Shown: positions 49,247-60,693 of the stretch, one piece after another
How the letters are laid out: each line of letters starts with the position of its first letter
Position numbering within the stretch: the first letter of the stretch is position 1
DNA from: an uncultured Gemmatimonadales bacterium
Lineage (GTDB): Bacteria; Gemmatimonadota; Gemmatimonadetes; Gemmatimonadales; GWC2-71-9
Assembly: GCA_963825055.1 (NCBI GenBank)
Contig: CAWGSK010000009.1
Coordinates: 96,001 to 160,000, forward strand
Reading direction: 5' to 3'
DNA: 64,000 bases
The notes under the pieces: generated by a model
Told to the model about the DNA's origin: nothing
Database searches by the model: none
The model's input: the letters and a program-made list of their open reading frames with translations, nothing else
Translations under genes and position numbers: made by a program

Positions 49247-50899
49247 ATGTATCGCATCAAGCTCACTTCGGGCGAAGAGACGGTTTACAACTCGATCGAC
49301 GCGCTTGCGGTCGCAGTCCGCAGCGGTGAAGTCACCCCGGATGCGCTGATCTACCACCGGCGCGCCGATCGATGGCTGGCCATCAGCACGCACCCGCACT
49401 ACCAGACCATCCAGGCGCGCTCGAGCACGCCGCCAGCTCCCGCCGCTACCGTGTCCCCGGCCCCGGCTCAACCGGCCCCGTCACCGGCGACACCGCTGGT
49501 GCCTGCGCGTCCTTCGCAGGAGGCCGAGAACGAGCAGGCCGTGGAGAATCGGGATGCGATGATCCAGGCCAAGGTCCGGCGGCTCCGTGAGATGCAGCGC
49601 CCCATCGCTGAGCCGCGGAGCCCGGTGAGTCGTGCAGTCGTGGAACCGCCCGCACCTGAGCCGGCGGCGTCCCCCGAGCCGCTCCCGCCGATGATGTCGG
49701 ACGCGCCGGCTGAGCCCGCTGCCCCCGTCGAAACACCACCTGCCGAAGAATATGGGGCGGCTGCGGAGGCCGCTGCCGAGAGCATTCCACCGGCAGAAGC
49801 CGGCCCCGAGGAGGCCCTCGCCGGCCTCCCGGTACTGGAGGTCGAGGACACCCACGAGCCGGTGCCAAGCCCCGATCTCGTCATGCCGCCGGCGGAGGAG
49901 CCCGCGGCGGAAACCGATTTCGATTACGCACCCCCCTCCCCGGCGCCGCGACGCCGCGTGCCGGTGGCGCTCGCAGTGGCAGCCATCGTTACCCTCGCCG
50001 TCACCGTGGGAGCAGTGGCCTGGCATCCGTGGTCACGAGGGGAGGGAGGCGATTCCGTGCAGACGCTCGCCAGCACGTCACCCTCCCCGACCGGACTGCC
50101 CTCCGGTGCGACCAGCGCGCCGGTGCGGCCCCTGGAAGACACGGCACGCGCCTCGAGCATCGTCGCTCCCGAGATTCCTGCCGCTCCTGAGCAGGCACCA
50201 GCTCGTGGGCCGGACAGCATACCCACGGCGCGCGCCCCGAGCCCTCCTGCGCTCCAGATGGACCTGAACGCGGCCTCCGCCGCGCTTGAGCCCGGGGTGG
50301 GTTCGGGAACGCAGATCAGCATCTCGCCCGTCGTGCTCGCCAGCCACTATGCGTCGGCCTATGAGCAGGCCCAGTCCGAGATGGACGCGCGGCTCTCCCA
50401 GATTGGCTTCAGCGATCTGTTCGACGCCACCAGGCTCAGCTCGACCGGGAAGCTCCAGTCGGCACGCCGCACGCTCGCACTCGCGGGCGCCACCATCCGG
50501 CAGTACCGCGAGCGGGAAAACCGGATCGAGCAGGCGTACAGCGACACGCTGAACCAGGTCGGCAAGCGCCTCGGGCTGTCGGAACAGGAATTTCGCGGCT
50601 GGGACAAGCGGAAGATCCTCAAGGAATCCGCCGAATCGGCTCGCATGGTCGACGACCTCCTGGCCCAGATCGACAACGTGTACGGCCTGATCTCCGGCGA
50701 GGAAGGCCGCTACGAGGTGAAGGGATCGAGCATCGTCTTCAGCAGCCCCGAGACCGCGCGCCGGTACGGCACCCTGCGGACCGCCATTACCCCGCGGGTG
50801 AACAGCTGGTCGAACACACCACCCGCCGACCTCCCGGCGAGCCTCCGTCCGGTCGTGCGCGCCATCGGCAACACGCGGCTGCCGCTGGAGACGACGTAG
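49247..50899 (+). CDS. Bitopic membrane protein: GYF_2-like N-terminus, Pro-rich linker, helical C-terminal domain
   Basis: N-terminal SIDALAVAVRSGEVTPDALIY...RW, one TM helix (VALAVAAIVTLAVTVGAVAW). Confidence 0.65.
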   Translation: MYRIKLTSGEETVYNSIDALAVAVRSGEVTPDALIYHRRADRWLAISTHPHYQTIQARSSTPPAPAATVSPAPAQPAPSPATPLVPARPSQEAENEQAVENRDAMIQAKVRRLREMQRPIAEPRSPVSRAVVEPPAPEPAASPEPLPPMMSDAPAEPAAPVETPPAEEYGAAAEAAAESIPPAEAGPEEALAGLPVLEVEDTHEPVPSPDLVMPPAEEPAAETDFDYAPPSPAPRRRVPVALAVAAIVTLAVTVGAVAWHPWSRGEGGDSVQTLASTSPSPTGLPSGATSAPVRPLEDTARASSIVAPEIPAAPEQAPARGPDSIPTARAPSPPALQMDLNAASAALEPGVGSGTQISISPVVLASHYASAYEQAQSEMDARLSQIGFSDLFDATRLSSTGKLQSARRTLALAGATIRQYRERENRIEQAYSDTLNQVGKRLGLSEQEFRGWDKRKILKESAESARMVDDLLAQIDNVYGLISGEEGRYEVKGSSIVFSSPETARRYGTLRTAITPRVNSWSNTPPADLPASLRPVVRAIGNTRLPLETT

Positions 50900-51094
50900 G
50901 GTCGGGGGTCGGGAATCCGTGTATCCGTTAGAGGGCAGAAGGTAGGGCAACTCACGAAAGTCCGGCGGCCGGCCCGATGCTCACGTCCGCCGTTTCTTCG
51001 TCCGCCCTCTTCACGTCCGCCCTCTTCTCTTTTCGCCCGCCCCGCCTTCTCACCCCTTCCCCTTACGACGCAACTTCTCACGTCTCACTATCAC

Positions 51095-52111
51095 ATGGCC
51101 ATGACCGAAGCCGAGCTCGACGACGAACTCAGCCGCCCGACATCCTCTGACATTGAAGCGGCCCGCGCGTTGGATGGCGACCTGCTGATTGTCGGCGCGT
51201 CCGGCAAGATGGGCCCCAGCCTGGTCCGGCTGGCCTGTCGGGCAAGAGCGGCCGCGGGAACCCGGGCCGGGTACTGGCCGCGGCGCGCTTCGCGGATCCC
51301 GCCTCCAGGAACGCCGTCGCCGAGGCCGGTGCGGAGACCATCGCGGTGGACCTGCTCGAACCGGGAGCGGTGGAGCGGCTTCCGGACGTGCCGAACGTGG
51401 TCTATATGGTGGGACAGAAGTTCGGGACCGAGGGCGACCAGGGCGCGACCTGGGCGATCAACGCGATGGTCGCGGCCGACACGTTCCGTCGCTATCGCCA
51501 CTCCAGGCTGGTCGTATTCTCCACCGGGAACATCTATCCGCTGAGCCGCGTCGACTCGCCCGGCCCGGTCGAGGATGACCCCTCGGTCCGGTCGGCGAGT
51601 ACGCGCAATCCGCCCTGGCGCGGGAACGGCTCGCCGCGTTTGCCTCACGCCGGTGGGGCACCCGGATGGCCATTCTCCGGATCAACTATGCCGTCGAGCC
51701 CCGCTACGGCGTCCTCCATGACATCGCCAGGCGGGTCCATGCCGGCGCACCCGTCGACCTCCGGATGGGATATGTGAACCTCATCTGGCAGCGGGACGCG
51801 AACGCCATCGCCCTCCGCACGCTCCCGGACTGCGCAAGTCCGCCCTTCGTGCTGAACGTGACGGGGCCTGAAGCATTCGCGGTGCGCGACATTGCGGACC
51901 GGTTCGCCCGGCGGTTCGGCACGGAACCGCAATTTGCCGGGGAGGAAGCCCGGACCGCGCTGCTCTCGAACGCCGCCCTCGCCACGGCGCGCTACGGCCC
52001 TCCGTCACTCGACCTGGACACGATGGTGGAGCTGGTGGCTGGGTGGGTTGAGGCGGCGGACGCAGTCTGGGCAAGCCCACGCACTTCGAGGAACGGGAAG
52101 GGCGCTTCTAG
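51095..52111 (+). CDS. NAD-dependent epimerase/dehydratase (several frameshifts)
   Basis: GASGKMG, YMVGQKFG, FSTGNIY, RINYAVE and KPTHFEER lie in different frames. Confidence 0.8.
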
Positions 52112-53135
52112 TGCGCCGGGCAACGCTCACCCGCCTGCTGCGCAGAGGGATGGTCATCCCGGCCCATCCGCTGGCGCTCACTTCGCGGAGACGGCTGGAC
52201 GAACGACGGCAGACGGCCCTGTCACGCTACTACCTGGCGGCAGGCGCAGGCGGCCTGGCGGTCGGTGTTCACACCACCCAGTTCGGCATCCGGAAGCCTG
52301 GCGCGGGGTGCTGCAGCCCGTACTCGAACTGGCCGCGCTCGCGGCAAGGGAACGGTCCGCGAGAGCGAAGACCACAGTACTCGTGGCGGGCATCTGCGGC
52401 AGGACCCCGCAGGCGATCCGCGAGGCTCGGCTCGCGCGCGACCTGCACTACCACGCCGGCCTGGTCAGCCTGGGCGCGCTGTCGGAGGCGTCCATTCGAC
52501 AACTCATCGACCACATGCGGGCCGTGGGGGAGATCATTCCGGTATTCGGGTTCTATCTGCAGCCCGCCGTCGGAGGCCGACCGCTGCCGGAGGCGTTCTG
52601 GCAGCGCCTGCTGGATCTCGAAAATCTCGTGGCCATCAAGGTGGCGCCGTTCGACCGATACCGTACACTGGTCGTACGGCGGGCCCTCCTGGATTCCGGT
52701 CGGCGGGACGTCGCTCTCTACACCGGCAACGACGACCACATCATTCACGACCTCCTCGCACCCGGGCCCTCCCCGATGACCGGCGGCCTCCTGGGCCAGT
52801 GGGCGGTCTGGACCCGGGAGGCGGTCCGCGTCCTCGCCCGGTGCCGCCGGGTCCGCTCGACCGGCAGGGCTCCGGCATCGCTGCTTGGATACGCCGATGA
52901 CCTCACGCGGGCCAACGGTGCCATCTTCGACGCCGCCAACGGGTTCGCCGGGGTCATCCCCGGAATTCACGAGGTCCTCCGCCGGATGGGACTTCTCAAG
53001 GGCAGATGGTGCCTCGATCGCGATGAACAGCTCTCGCCAGGGCAGCTGGAGGCCATCGACCGGATCTGGAAGGAACTACCGCCCCTCCGGGATGACGCCT
53101 TCGTCCAGGAGCACCTGGACGCCTGGCTTTCCTGA
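52111..53135 (+). CDS. DapA/NAL-family aldolase (one frameshift)
   Basis: VIPAHPLAL, GVHTTQF, FYLQPAVGG, AIKVAPF, YTGNDD. Frame changes near 52305. Confidence 0.8.
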
Positions 53136-53270
53136 CGCTCCCTGGCGCTCGATGATTGTTTGAACTGATTGCTCGACCTTCGAGCTTCGACCGCCCAATG
53201 GTCCTCCATCACAGACGGCGGCGGTCCCTGCCCGTACATTGTGGCGGAAAGCAATGTTAGTCGTCACTGA

Positions 53271-53968
53271 ATGAGGAGGAATACCGTGCTAAATGCGAAC
53301 CGGGCGACCGGGATGGTGCTGCTCCTGAGCTTTGCGGGGATCGTGGGGCTTGGCGGATGCGCCAACAAGACCCAGGAAGGTGCCGCGATCGGGGTCGGTG
53401 CGGGCGCCGTGGTCGGGGGAGCCATCGGCAAGGCGACGGGGAACACGGCCCGCGGGGCCATCATCGGTGCCGCCGTCGGTGGCATCGCCGGGTCGATCAT
53501 CGGCTCCAGGATGGACAAGCAGGCCAAGGAGCTGGACAAGGAGATTCCGGGAGCTACCGTCACGCGTGTCGGTGAGGGGATTGCCGTGACCTTCGACTCC
53601 GGCCTTCTTTCGACTTCAACTCCGCCACGCTCAGGCCCGAGGCCCGGGAGAACCTCCGGAACCTGGCCGCGAGCCTGGCGAAGAATCCTGGCGAGGACGT
53701 TCTCATCGTCGGTCACACCGACAGCGTCGGCACGGACAGCTACAACCTGGATCTCTCGCGCCGTCGCGCGGAGGCAGCGGCGAGCTACATCGCGACCGCC
53801 GGGGTGGACCAGGGCCGCATCGGTACGAAGGGCATGGGCGAGAACGACCCGGTGGCCACCAACGACACCGACGCCGGCCGCCAGCAGAACCGGCGGGTGG
53901 AAGTGGCGATCTTTGCGAATGACCAGATGAAGGCCGAAGCCAAGGCCGAGGCGGCGAGCGGCAACTGA
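53271..53968 (+). CDS. OmpA-family lipoprotein (YiaD-like, frameshifted)
   Basis: Lipobox LGGC and glycine zipper; GHTD...SRRRA...QNRRVE in another frame after about 53607. Confidence 0.85.
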
Positions 53969-53979
53969 GCCGCCGGCTA

Positions 53980-54540
53980 CTACTTCCGCTTGAAGACCGC
54001 CCGCCAGCCCGTGTAATCGGGCAGCGGGCGGTCGCCCATCAGGAGAAGCGTTCCACGGCGTAGAAGAGCGCGGGGTCCACCCGCTGGGCCCGTTCGATCC
54101 GGTCGGGCAGGTCACGCCGGGAGCAGGCGAGATACATCAGCGTCCTCGCCCCGGTGTCGCCCTCGCCGCAAACGTGGTGACCGTCTGGCCGCATCCCTGA
54201 GGGAGCCGGCGATCTCGTCGCCCTTGGTGCGCTGTAATGATCCGCACGACCACGCTGCCCAGCTTGAGCCGCTTCTCCAGCGCGATGCCCACGGCGTTCC
54301 CGGCCGCAAATCCCCCGGCATAGGCGACAGCAAGCCACGGGCTTTCATCGAGCCGCGTGATCACCTGCGAAACCGCGGTCACCCACACCAGCACCTCGAA
54401 GAATCCGAGCACGACCGAAACCCGGGTGCGGCCGTGCACTACCGAGATGGTCCGGAGCGTGCCGAGGGAAACATCCACGATCCTCAGGGCGAAGATGAGA
54501 ACGCAAGGAGCGCAACGGGTATCTTCTGGAGAAAATTCAT
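53980..54540 (-). CDS. DUF5698/DUF2179 (UPF0316) membrane protein (frameshifted)
   Basis: RIVDVSLGTLR, GFFEVLVW, YAGGFAAGN. Confidence 0.75.
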
Positions 54541-54624
54541 GCGCGGCGCTAGGGGTCGAGTCGGGAGTCGGGAGCCGGGAGTCGAACGTCGGTACCTCAG
54601 TCCCCCTATTCGCTTCCCTCTTCG

Positions 54625-55463
54625 CTATTCCCTGTCCGCTGCATTCTTCACCACCGCCGTCACTGGAAAATGATCAGACGGCCAGCGGCCGCGTTCTGCG
54701 TCATGTAGTATCTGCGCGCTGAGAACGGAGAGGTCCGGGGAGACGAAGACGAGTCGATCCGCTCCCCGGTCTCCTCGCCGCTGAAAGCGTGGAAGGTTCC
54801 CGCGGGAAGGGAGTCGTGATGCATCTTCTCCCACGTGTCCACCAGGCCGAGAGAATCGCGTATCGGCCCGATGGCCTCGTTCCCGGGGCCGGCATTGAAG
54901 TCGCCGGTCAGGATCACGTACGCCGGTCCGCCCCCTCCCCGATGTGCCGGGCCACCAGCGCTGCCGAAGCTACGCGGGACGGCTGGGACTCGTGGTCGAG
55001 ATGCAGCGTGTAGAAACGGATCGTATCGCCGGTCTCGCGATCGACCAGCCGTGCCCAGGTGCAGATCCTGGTGATACGGTTCCCCCAGGACATGGAGCCC
55101 GGCACCTGGGGCTGTCGGAAAGCCAGAACCAGCCCGAATCCGCGACAGTGAAGCGCTCACGCCGATAGAGGATGCCGCGTACTCGCCCGCCGTGTCCCCT
55201 CGGCCCGGCCCACCCCGATCTCGCCGTATCCAGGCACGGCCTGGTGGATCGCGTCGAGCTGGAACCGAAGCGCCTCCTGGACACCGAGCAGGTCTGGCGA
55301 CTCCCGACGGAGGAGCGAAAACACCTGGTCGCGCCGGTGCGGCCACGCATTCTCCCTATCCTGTGCCGTCCCGTAACGGATATTGAAGGACATGACGGAG
55401 ATGGACGGCAAGGCAGGAGCGCCATCAGGATAAAGGGGATCAGGAGCAAGGCGATGGGTACCG
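54625..55463 (-). CDS. Endonuclease/exonuclease/phosphatase family protein (frameshifted)
   Basis: MSFNIRY, GVQEAL, SGWFWLS, TGDFNA and PSDHFPV across frames. Ends approximate. Confidence 0.8.
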
Positions 55464-55571
55464 TGAGTCGTGAGTCGTTACCTGGTATCGTGAAAGCTAC
55501 TCCCTGCCCATGCACAAATCACAAATCATAAATCACTTTTCGCTGTTCGCTATTCGCTCTGCGCTGCCCTT

Positions 55572-56350
55572 CTACCATCCCACCCGCTTCAGTACCGAGA
55601 ACACCCCACCGCCCGGATCGGAGATCACGGCAAAGGTGCCCACCTCCGGAATGTCCGTGCACGGCACCTCGACCTTCCCGCCAAGCGACTCGACCTTCGC
55701 CGTGGCGGCGGAGCAGTCCTGCACGCCGAAATAGACCATCCAGTGGGGCGTCATCTCGCCCCACTCCTGCGTGATCTCCAGCATTCCGGCGACCGGAAAT
55801 CGTGCACGGAGAAAGGTGGTGTACCGGTAACCGGGTCGCTGCTGCTGGTCGGTGTTCCAGCCGAAGAGGTTGGTATAGAACACCCGGCACGATTCCGTGT
55901 CATGCGTCGCGAGTTCGTTCCAGCTCATGGCCCCGGGCCGGTTCCAGATAGCGGCACCGGGGTGGGTAAAGGAAAACCAGAGGGCCAGCGCCTCCCCATC
56001 CGGGCCACGAATCACGGCGGCGCGACCCGCATCCGCCACATCCACCGCCTCCGTCGTGACCGTTCCGCCGAAGCCCTCCACCTTCGCCGCGGTTTCGGCT
56101 GCGTTGGCCACCGCGACATAGCTCAGCCACCCCGCCCCGCGAGGGGAGTCGGGACTCGACGCAAAGGACCTGCACGCCTGACGCCACCTTCGCTTTTCAG
56201 CAGGTGGTAGTCCGGGCCGCCATCCATCTTACGGGACTCGGACGTCCACCCGAACAGCCCGGTGTAGAAGTCGAGCACGCCCTGGACCTCACTGGTCGCG
56301 AGATCGGCCCAGCAGAAGGAACCCGGTTCGTGCATCGGAGCATCGGCCAT
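55572..56350 (-). CDS. Two-domain VOC/glyoxalase protein (frameshifted)
   Basis: FCWADL..FYTGLFGW and WNEL..FYTNLFGW, ISDPGGG. Confidence 0.85.
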
Positions 56351-56366
56351 GCACTTCTCCTCGAGG

Positions 56367-58341
56367 TTATCGGGTCGTTGAAGCCGGCGGCGCCGTGGCG
56401 AGCGCGGTGGTCGCCGCCAGCGCGGTCTCGCTGGCCCTGCCCAGGGCTGCCAGGAACCCGGCAAGTTGGCCGTCCTGGGCGGGAGACGAAAGGTAGGGAT
56501 CCATGACCGTCGAGCGCAGCACCACCAGCCCCTGGGCCCCGCTGGCTCGCCACTCCTCCGCCGAGGCCACACCAAGGTCGTCGAGAAGCGGATCCACCGC
56601 TCCGTCGTACATCGGGCTCTGGAAGCGGGTACGGGTGATGATGTACTCGGGCGAGTCATCCGGGCGCAACATGCTCATCTGCTGGTAGATGTGCTCGTTC
56701 AGGGCGTTTACCCCCGCTAGCGAGTGCCGCCCGGGATGATAAACCAGGTAGCAGACGAGGTTGATGTCCGGCTCCGGCAGTACGATCACGCGAAACGGGT
56801 CGAGCCGTGCGTTGCGGAGCGCGGCGTGCAGCTTCCGGGCCCCGATCACGGTCCGCTCGATCAGGTAGCCATACCCGCGCTCATCCGGCGGCCCACCTTG
56901 TGGCTGAGCCAGACCGCTGCGGCGGACGCGCCCGGCTTCGAGCCTTCGAGGATGTATCGGCCGATCGAAGGTTTCCTCGCTCGGGCGGATGTCTTCGGCG
57001 GGCAGGAGATACGGCGGGTCCACCGCAACCAGTTCTCGCGCCCGGCGGTCCCGGACAAGAATGGCCCCGGCTGGATACGGCACATAGCCAAGCTTGTGCG
57101 GGTCGATCGTCACGGAATCCGCCCCCTCGAGCGCCCCGATCGCCTTCACCCACTCATCGCTCGGCCAGTCGGTTCCGGTGGATGCCCGGATCTCCGCCGC
57201 CCTCCTGCGGCTGCCGTCTGCCCGGCGGGTGACGGCAGCCGCGTAGCCGCCATAACAGGCATCCGAGTGCACATGGAACGTCATCCCCAGCTCGCGCTCG
57301 GCACGCGCCCGCACCTCGAGCACCAGGTCCAGCCGGTCCACCGCGCTTTCTTCGGTCGTACCGCATACGCTGATCAGGCCCATCACGGGCACCTGCTGCC
57401 CTGCCAGCCGCTGCAGCACGTCCCAGAGGCCGTCCGGATGCATCCGGTAGCGCTGGTCTACCGGGACGTATACGAGCTGGTTCGAGCCGATCCCCAGCGC
57501 CCGGACGATCTTCTCCCAGGAGTAATGGGCGGTAGCCGCGACGAGGACAACGCTGTCGGGAAGCGGGTCGGTGAACGCCGCGACCAGCCGACGATGGATG
57601 GCGGTATCCCGCGGTTGCGAGGGTGTGCCCGTTGAGCGCGCGAGCCATGTCCTCCCGGGGCGCCACGGTCCAGAGCCGGCTTCCCAGAGGTCCATGGCCG
57701 CGTCGTTCCGGATGTTGAGCAGTTCAGCGAGTCCGAGTCCGCCAACCCAACTGGTCGAGCCGTCGGGGAGCCCGACCTCCACGTCCACGCCAAGTTCCGC
57801 CGCCGCCCCCGCGGCAGCCAGCGGGAAGTACTGGATATTGCGGGCGATCCAGAGGGCCTCGAAGTTGGCGACAGTCCCACCCGATGTCAGGTGCCCCCAG
57901 CTCCGGCGGGCAGGATAGCCGATCATCACGGCGAGCTGCTCCGCCACCTCCAACTCGAGCCGGGTGGTGGTGGGCGGGGAGGCTGCCGTTGAAGACCTTG
58001 TTGGGATTGTACAGCATCGCGGCGAAGTACCCCACCTGCGACGCGATGGTCTGCTCGAAGTTCATGTGCCCCTTGTAGCGACCACTGAAGAAGGGCACGT
58101 CCCGCTTGAGCCGGGCCAGAAGCCCCATAGGCTGAGCCTGGGTAAGGGTGGCGACCGCCTCGTCGTACCCCTCGGTCCGCTTGTCCGTCTCCCGGATGAC
58201 AAACCCATCCTCAGGATGGTAGTTCCGGCGCCAGAAGACATGGTCCCGGAGGGCCTCGGTGACCACTCGTTCGAGCAGGTCGGCGTTCTAGGCCGGGAGA
58301 CCCAGGAACCATGCGGGAAGGGCTTCGCGAGGGTTGGACAT
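56367..58341 (-). CDS. Group II PLP-dependent decarboxylase (tyrosine decarboxylase-like, frameshifted)
   Basis: YKGHM, GHLTSGGTVANFEAL, HYSW, HSDACYGGY, DPHKLGY (PLP lysine). Confidence 0.8.
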
Positions 58342-58392
58342 GTCGCAAAGATAAACAGCCCCGCCGCGGGACAGGTGCCTGGCTCGGAGCAC

Positions 58393-58408
58393 TGTGACGG
58401 GGGTCACA
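58393..58408. promoter_or_regulatory. CRP/FNR-type palindrome
   Basis: TGTGAC-GGGG-GTCACA between divergent genes. Confidence 0.6.
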
Positions 58409-58534
58409 TTGCAAAAGTGGTCCCTGTCGCTAGCAATACTGCGGCGTAAATTGTACACCATAGCCGGAAGGTACCGTCGGGATTCTGGGCGGTCACCGGA
58501 TCACTGTCTCGCATTGTGGCTCAAGGAGAAGTAC

Positions 58535-59447
58535 ATGAGGATCGGGAGCAGGATTATGACCGGGGCCATGCTGGGCATCGCGCTCGTCGTGACCACCGGG
58601 TGCGACAAGAAGGTCAAGGAAGAGAACGCGCAGCTGAAGGAAGAGGTTCAGCAGATGGGCGTGGCGAGCGCGGAGCGGGACAGCCTCCTCCAGATCGTCG
58701 TCGACAACACCCAGTTGATGAACGAGATCAACCAGGAGATCTCCAAGGTCAGGGGACTGAAGAGCGGCGTCGTGCCGGTGACGAACCCCGAGTCGGGCCA
58801 GCCTGACACGGTGAACGCCAAACCTACCTGCTGGACCGGGTCAAGGAAGTCGCGGAGCACATCAACGAGAGCGAACAGCGGCTCAAGTCCGCCCAGTCCC
58901 GGCTTGCCCGGGTGTCCAAGGAGTCTGACCAGTTCCGGAAGACGGTATCGCAACTTCAGGCCATCATCGACACCCAGAAGGTCACGATGGATGGCATGAA
59001 CCAGCAGATCATGGACCTCCAGACCCAGAACGTGCAGCTGGTCGCCCAGAAGCAGGCGTTGACCGACACCGTCACCGGTCCTCGCCCAGGGAGCGGTCAA
59101 GCTGGGTCAACGAGCAGAATGCGGCCTGGTACGTGATCAGCTCGAAGGATGAACTGAAGGACATGGGCGTCGTGACGGAAGAAGGCAGCAAGTTCCTCTT
59201 CTTCGGCGGCAAGTCCCTCCAGCCGTCACGGACCCTCCCCACCGAGAACTTCACCCAGGTGGACATCCGGGACGTCCAGTCGATCCCGCTGCCGAAACCC
59301 GACAAGCGCTACAAGATCGTCTCCCGGCAGAACCTCGCGGCCATCGAGGGCGCCGACGAGAAGGGCCGGGTAACCGGCCAGATCGACATCGTCGATCCCC
59401 GGAGTTTCTGGGCGCCGAGCCACTACCTCATCTTGGTGGAGGACTGA
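58535..59447 (+). CDS. Coiled-coil lipoprotein with C-terminal beta domain (frameshifted)
   Basis: Lipobox TTGC, heptad-rich middle, C-terminal WYVISSKDELK...SFWAPSHYLILV. Confidence 0.7.
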
Positions 59448-59454
59448 GAACCGC

Positions 59455-59561
59455 AGTGAGTAGTGAGTAGTGAAGACTAGTGCTTCGAGCGCGAGAGAAA
59501 GGGGGGGAAAAAAAAAAAATATAATCACCCTGAATCACTAATCACTAATCACTACTCACTG
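59455..59561. repeat. Inverted heptamer arrays (TAGTGAG vs TCACTAA/TCACTAC) between convergent genes
   Basis: AGTGAGTAGTGA has its exact reverse complement TCACTACTCACT at 59549-59560. Confidence 0.8.
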
Positions 59562-59570
59562 CCCGGTGGT

Positions 59571-60446
59571 TCACGTCCGCTCCAGCCGTCGCATCGGTCG
59601 CACGGTCGACCGCAGCTTCGTGCGTTCCGGGGCTGGCATCCGGCGCAGCATCCCGCCGACGCGGGGCGCCGTCCAGGTGACGGTCATCCTCTTCTGCTTC
59701 CGCATGATTTCCAGCTTCGCGCTCTCCCCCTGCTCATAGCTGCCGAGGATGCGGTGGGCGTGGGCCGCGTTGTTCAGTGACCGGCCGTCGATCGACAGGA
59801 TGGCATCTCCGGCGCGGAGCTGGCTCGCCGAGTCCTCCGGCGCATCGAGCACCAGCACCCCATCGGAGGTCCCGAAGTACTCGCCAAGGCCGGTTCATGT
59901 CCTCGAGCCCGAGCCCGCCGCGGCTGAACGTGAAGCTGAACTGGCCCGGCGTGTCGGGGCTCCGCTTCATCAGCGGGGCCATCCGCCCCATCATGGGTCC
60001 GACATCGAAGCGGTACTCCCCCCGCCCGCCCGGGGTGACAAAGGAGAACATCTGGTTGCCCTCGTCAGCCTTCAGGGTGGCCTTGGCGCTCTTGCCCGCA
60101 TGGAGGTATTCGAGGTCCACCTTGTCGCCGGGCTTGAGTTTCTGGGCCAGCTCTACGAGCCGACGTCCCGGCGAGTCGTCGTCGGAGTTCGCAGCGAGCG
60201 AGGTGCCGTTGAACTTCGTGATCACGTCATTCGCCTTGATTCCCGCCTTGTCCGCGGGCCCGTCCGGCACCACGGAGACCACCCAGCGCGCCGCGCGTTT
60301 CCTTCTCCGAATCCGTCCCCATCTGGGCCATCACCCCGATCCGACCACAGTCGGGATCGCCACGCCATCCGCCCCTGGGCCGCGGAGGGTCGCCGGGGCG
60401 GCGCGAGCAGGATCCCGAGCGCCCCGATTACCAGTTGCCGTTTCAT
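59571..60446 (-). CDS. Secreted tandem-PDZ protein (frameshifted)
   Basis: VVPDGPADKAGIKANDVITKFNG and LRAGDAILSIDG, signal-like N-terminus. Confidence 0.75.
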
Positions 60447-60514
60447 GTCAGGTCCCCTGTGGAGGAAGTGAGTTGACTACCCCGGAGATGCGGAAGCCGG
60501 GCGGATGGTCGCAG

Positions 60515-60648
60515 GGTGGGGTATGGGGTATGGGGTATGGGGTATCGGGTACGGGGTATCGGGTATGGGGTATCGGGTATCGCCAGGCTGCGCGCATCTC
60601 CATTTACCACTTACCACTTGCCACTTACCACTCGCCCCTTGCCACCCC
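60515..60648 (+). repeat. Heptamer arrays GGGTAT(G/C) x~9, then CCACTT(A/G) x~6
   Basis: Directly visible. Confidence 0.9.
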
Positions 60649-60693
60649 GCCGGCGGGCCCCTTGCATCCCTTGAGAATCAGCCCGGAGGACCC

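Noticed and set aside
221..52970. Many long antisense or alternate-frame ORFs (e.g. 221-1525, 1877-3484, 7847-9319, 16718-18352, 32496-34115, 46193-46936)
   Set aside because: They overlap better-supported genes, lack motifs, and are expected in high-GC DNA.
59501..59519. G7-A12 homopolymer as a phase-variation tract
   Set aside because: It lies between convergent gene ends in the error-rich zone, so its length is unreliable.
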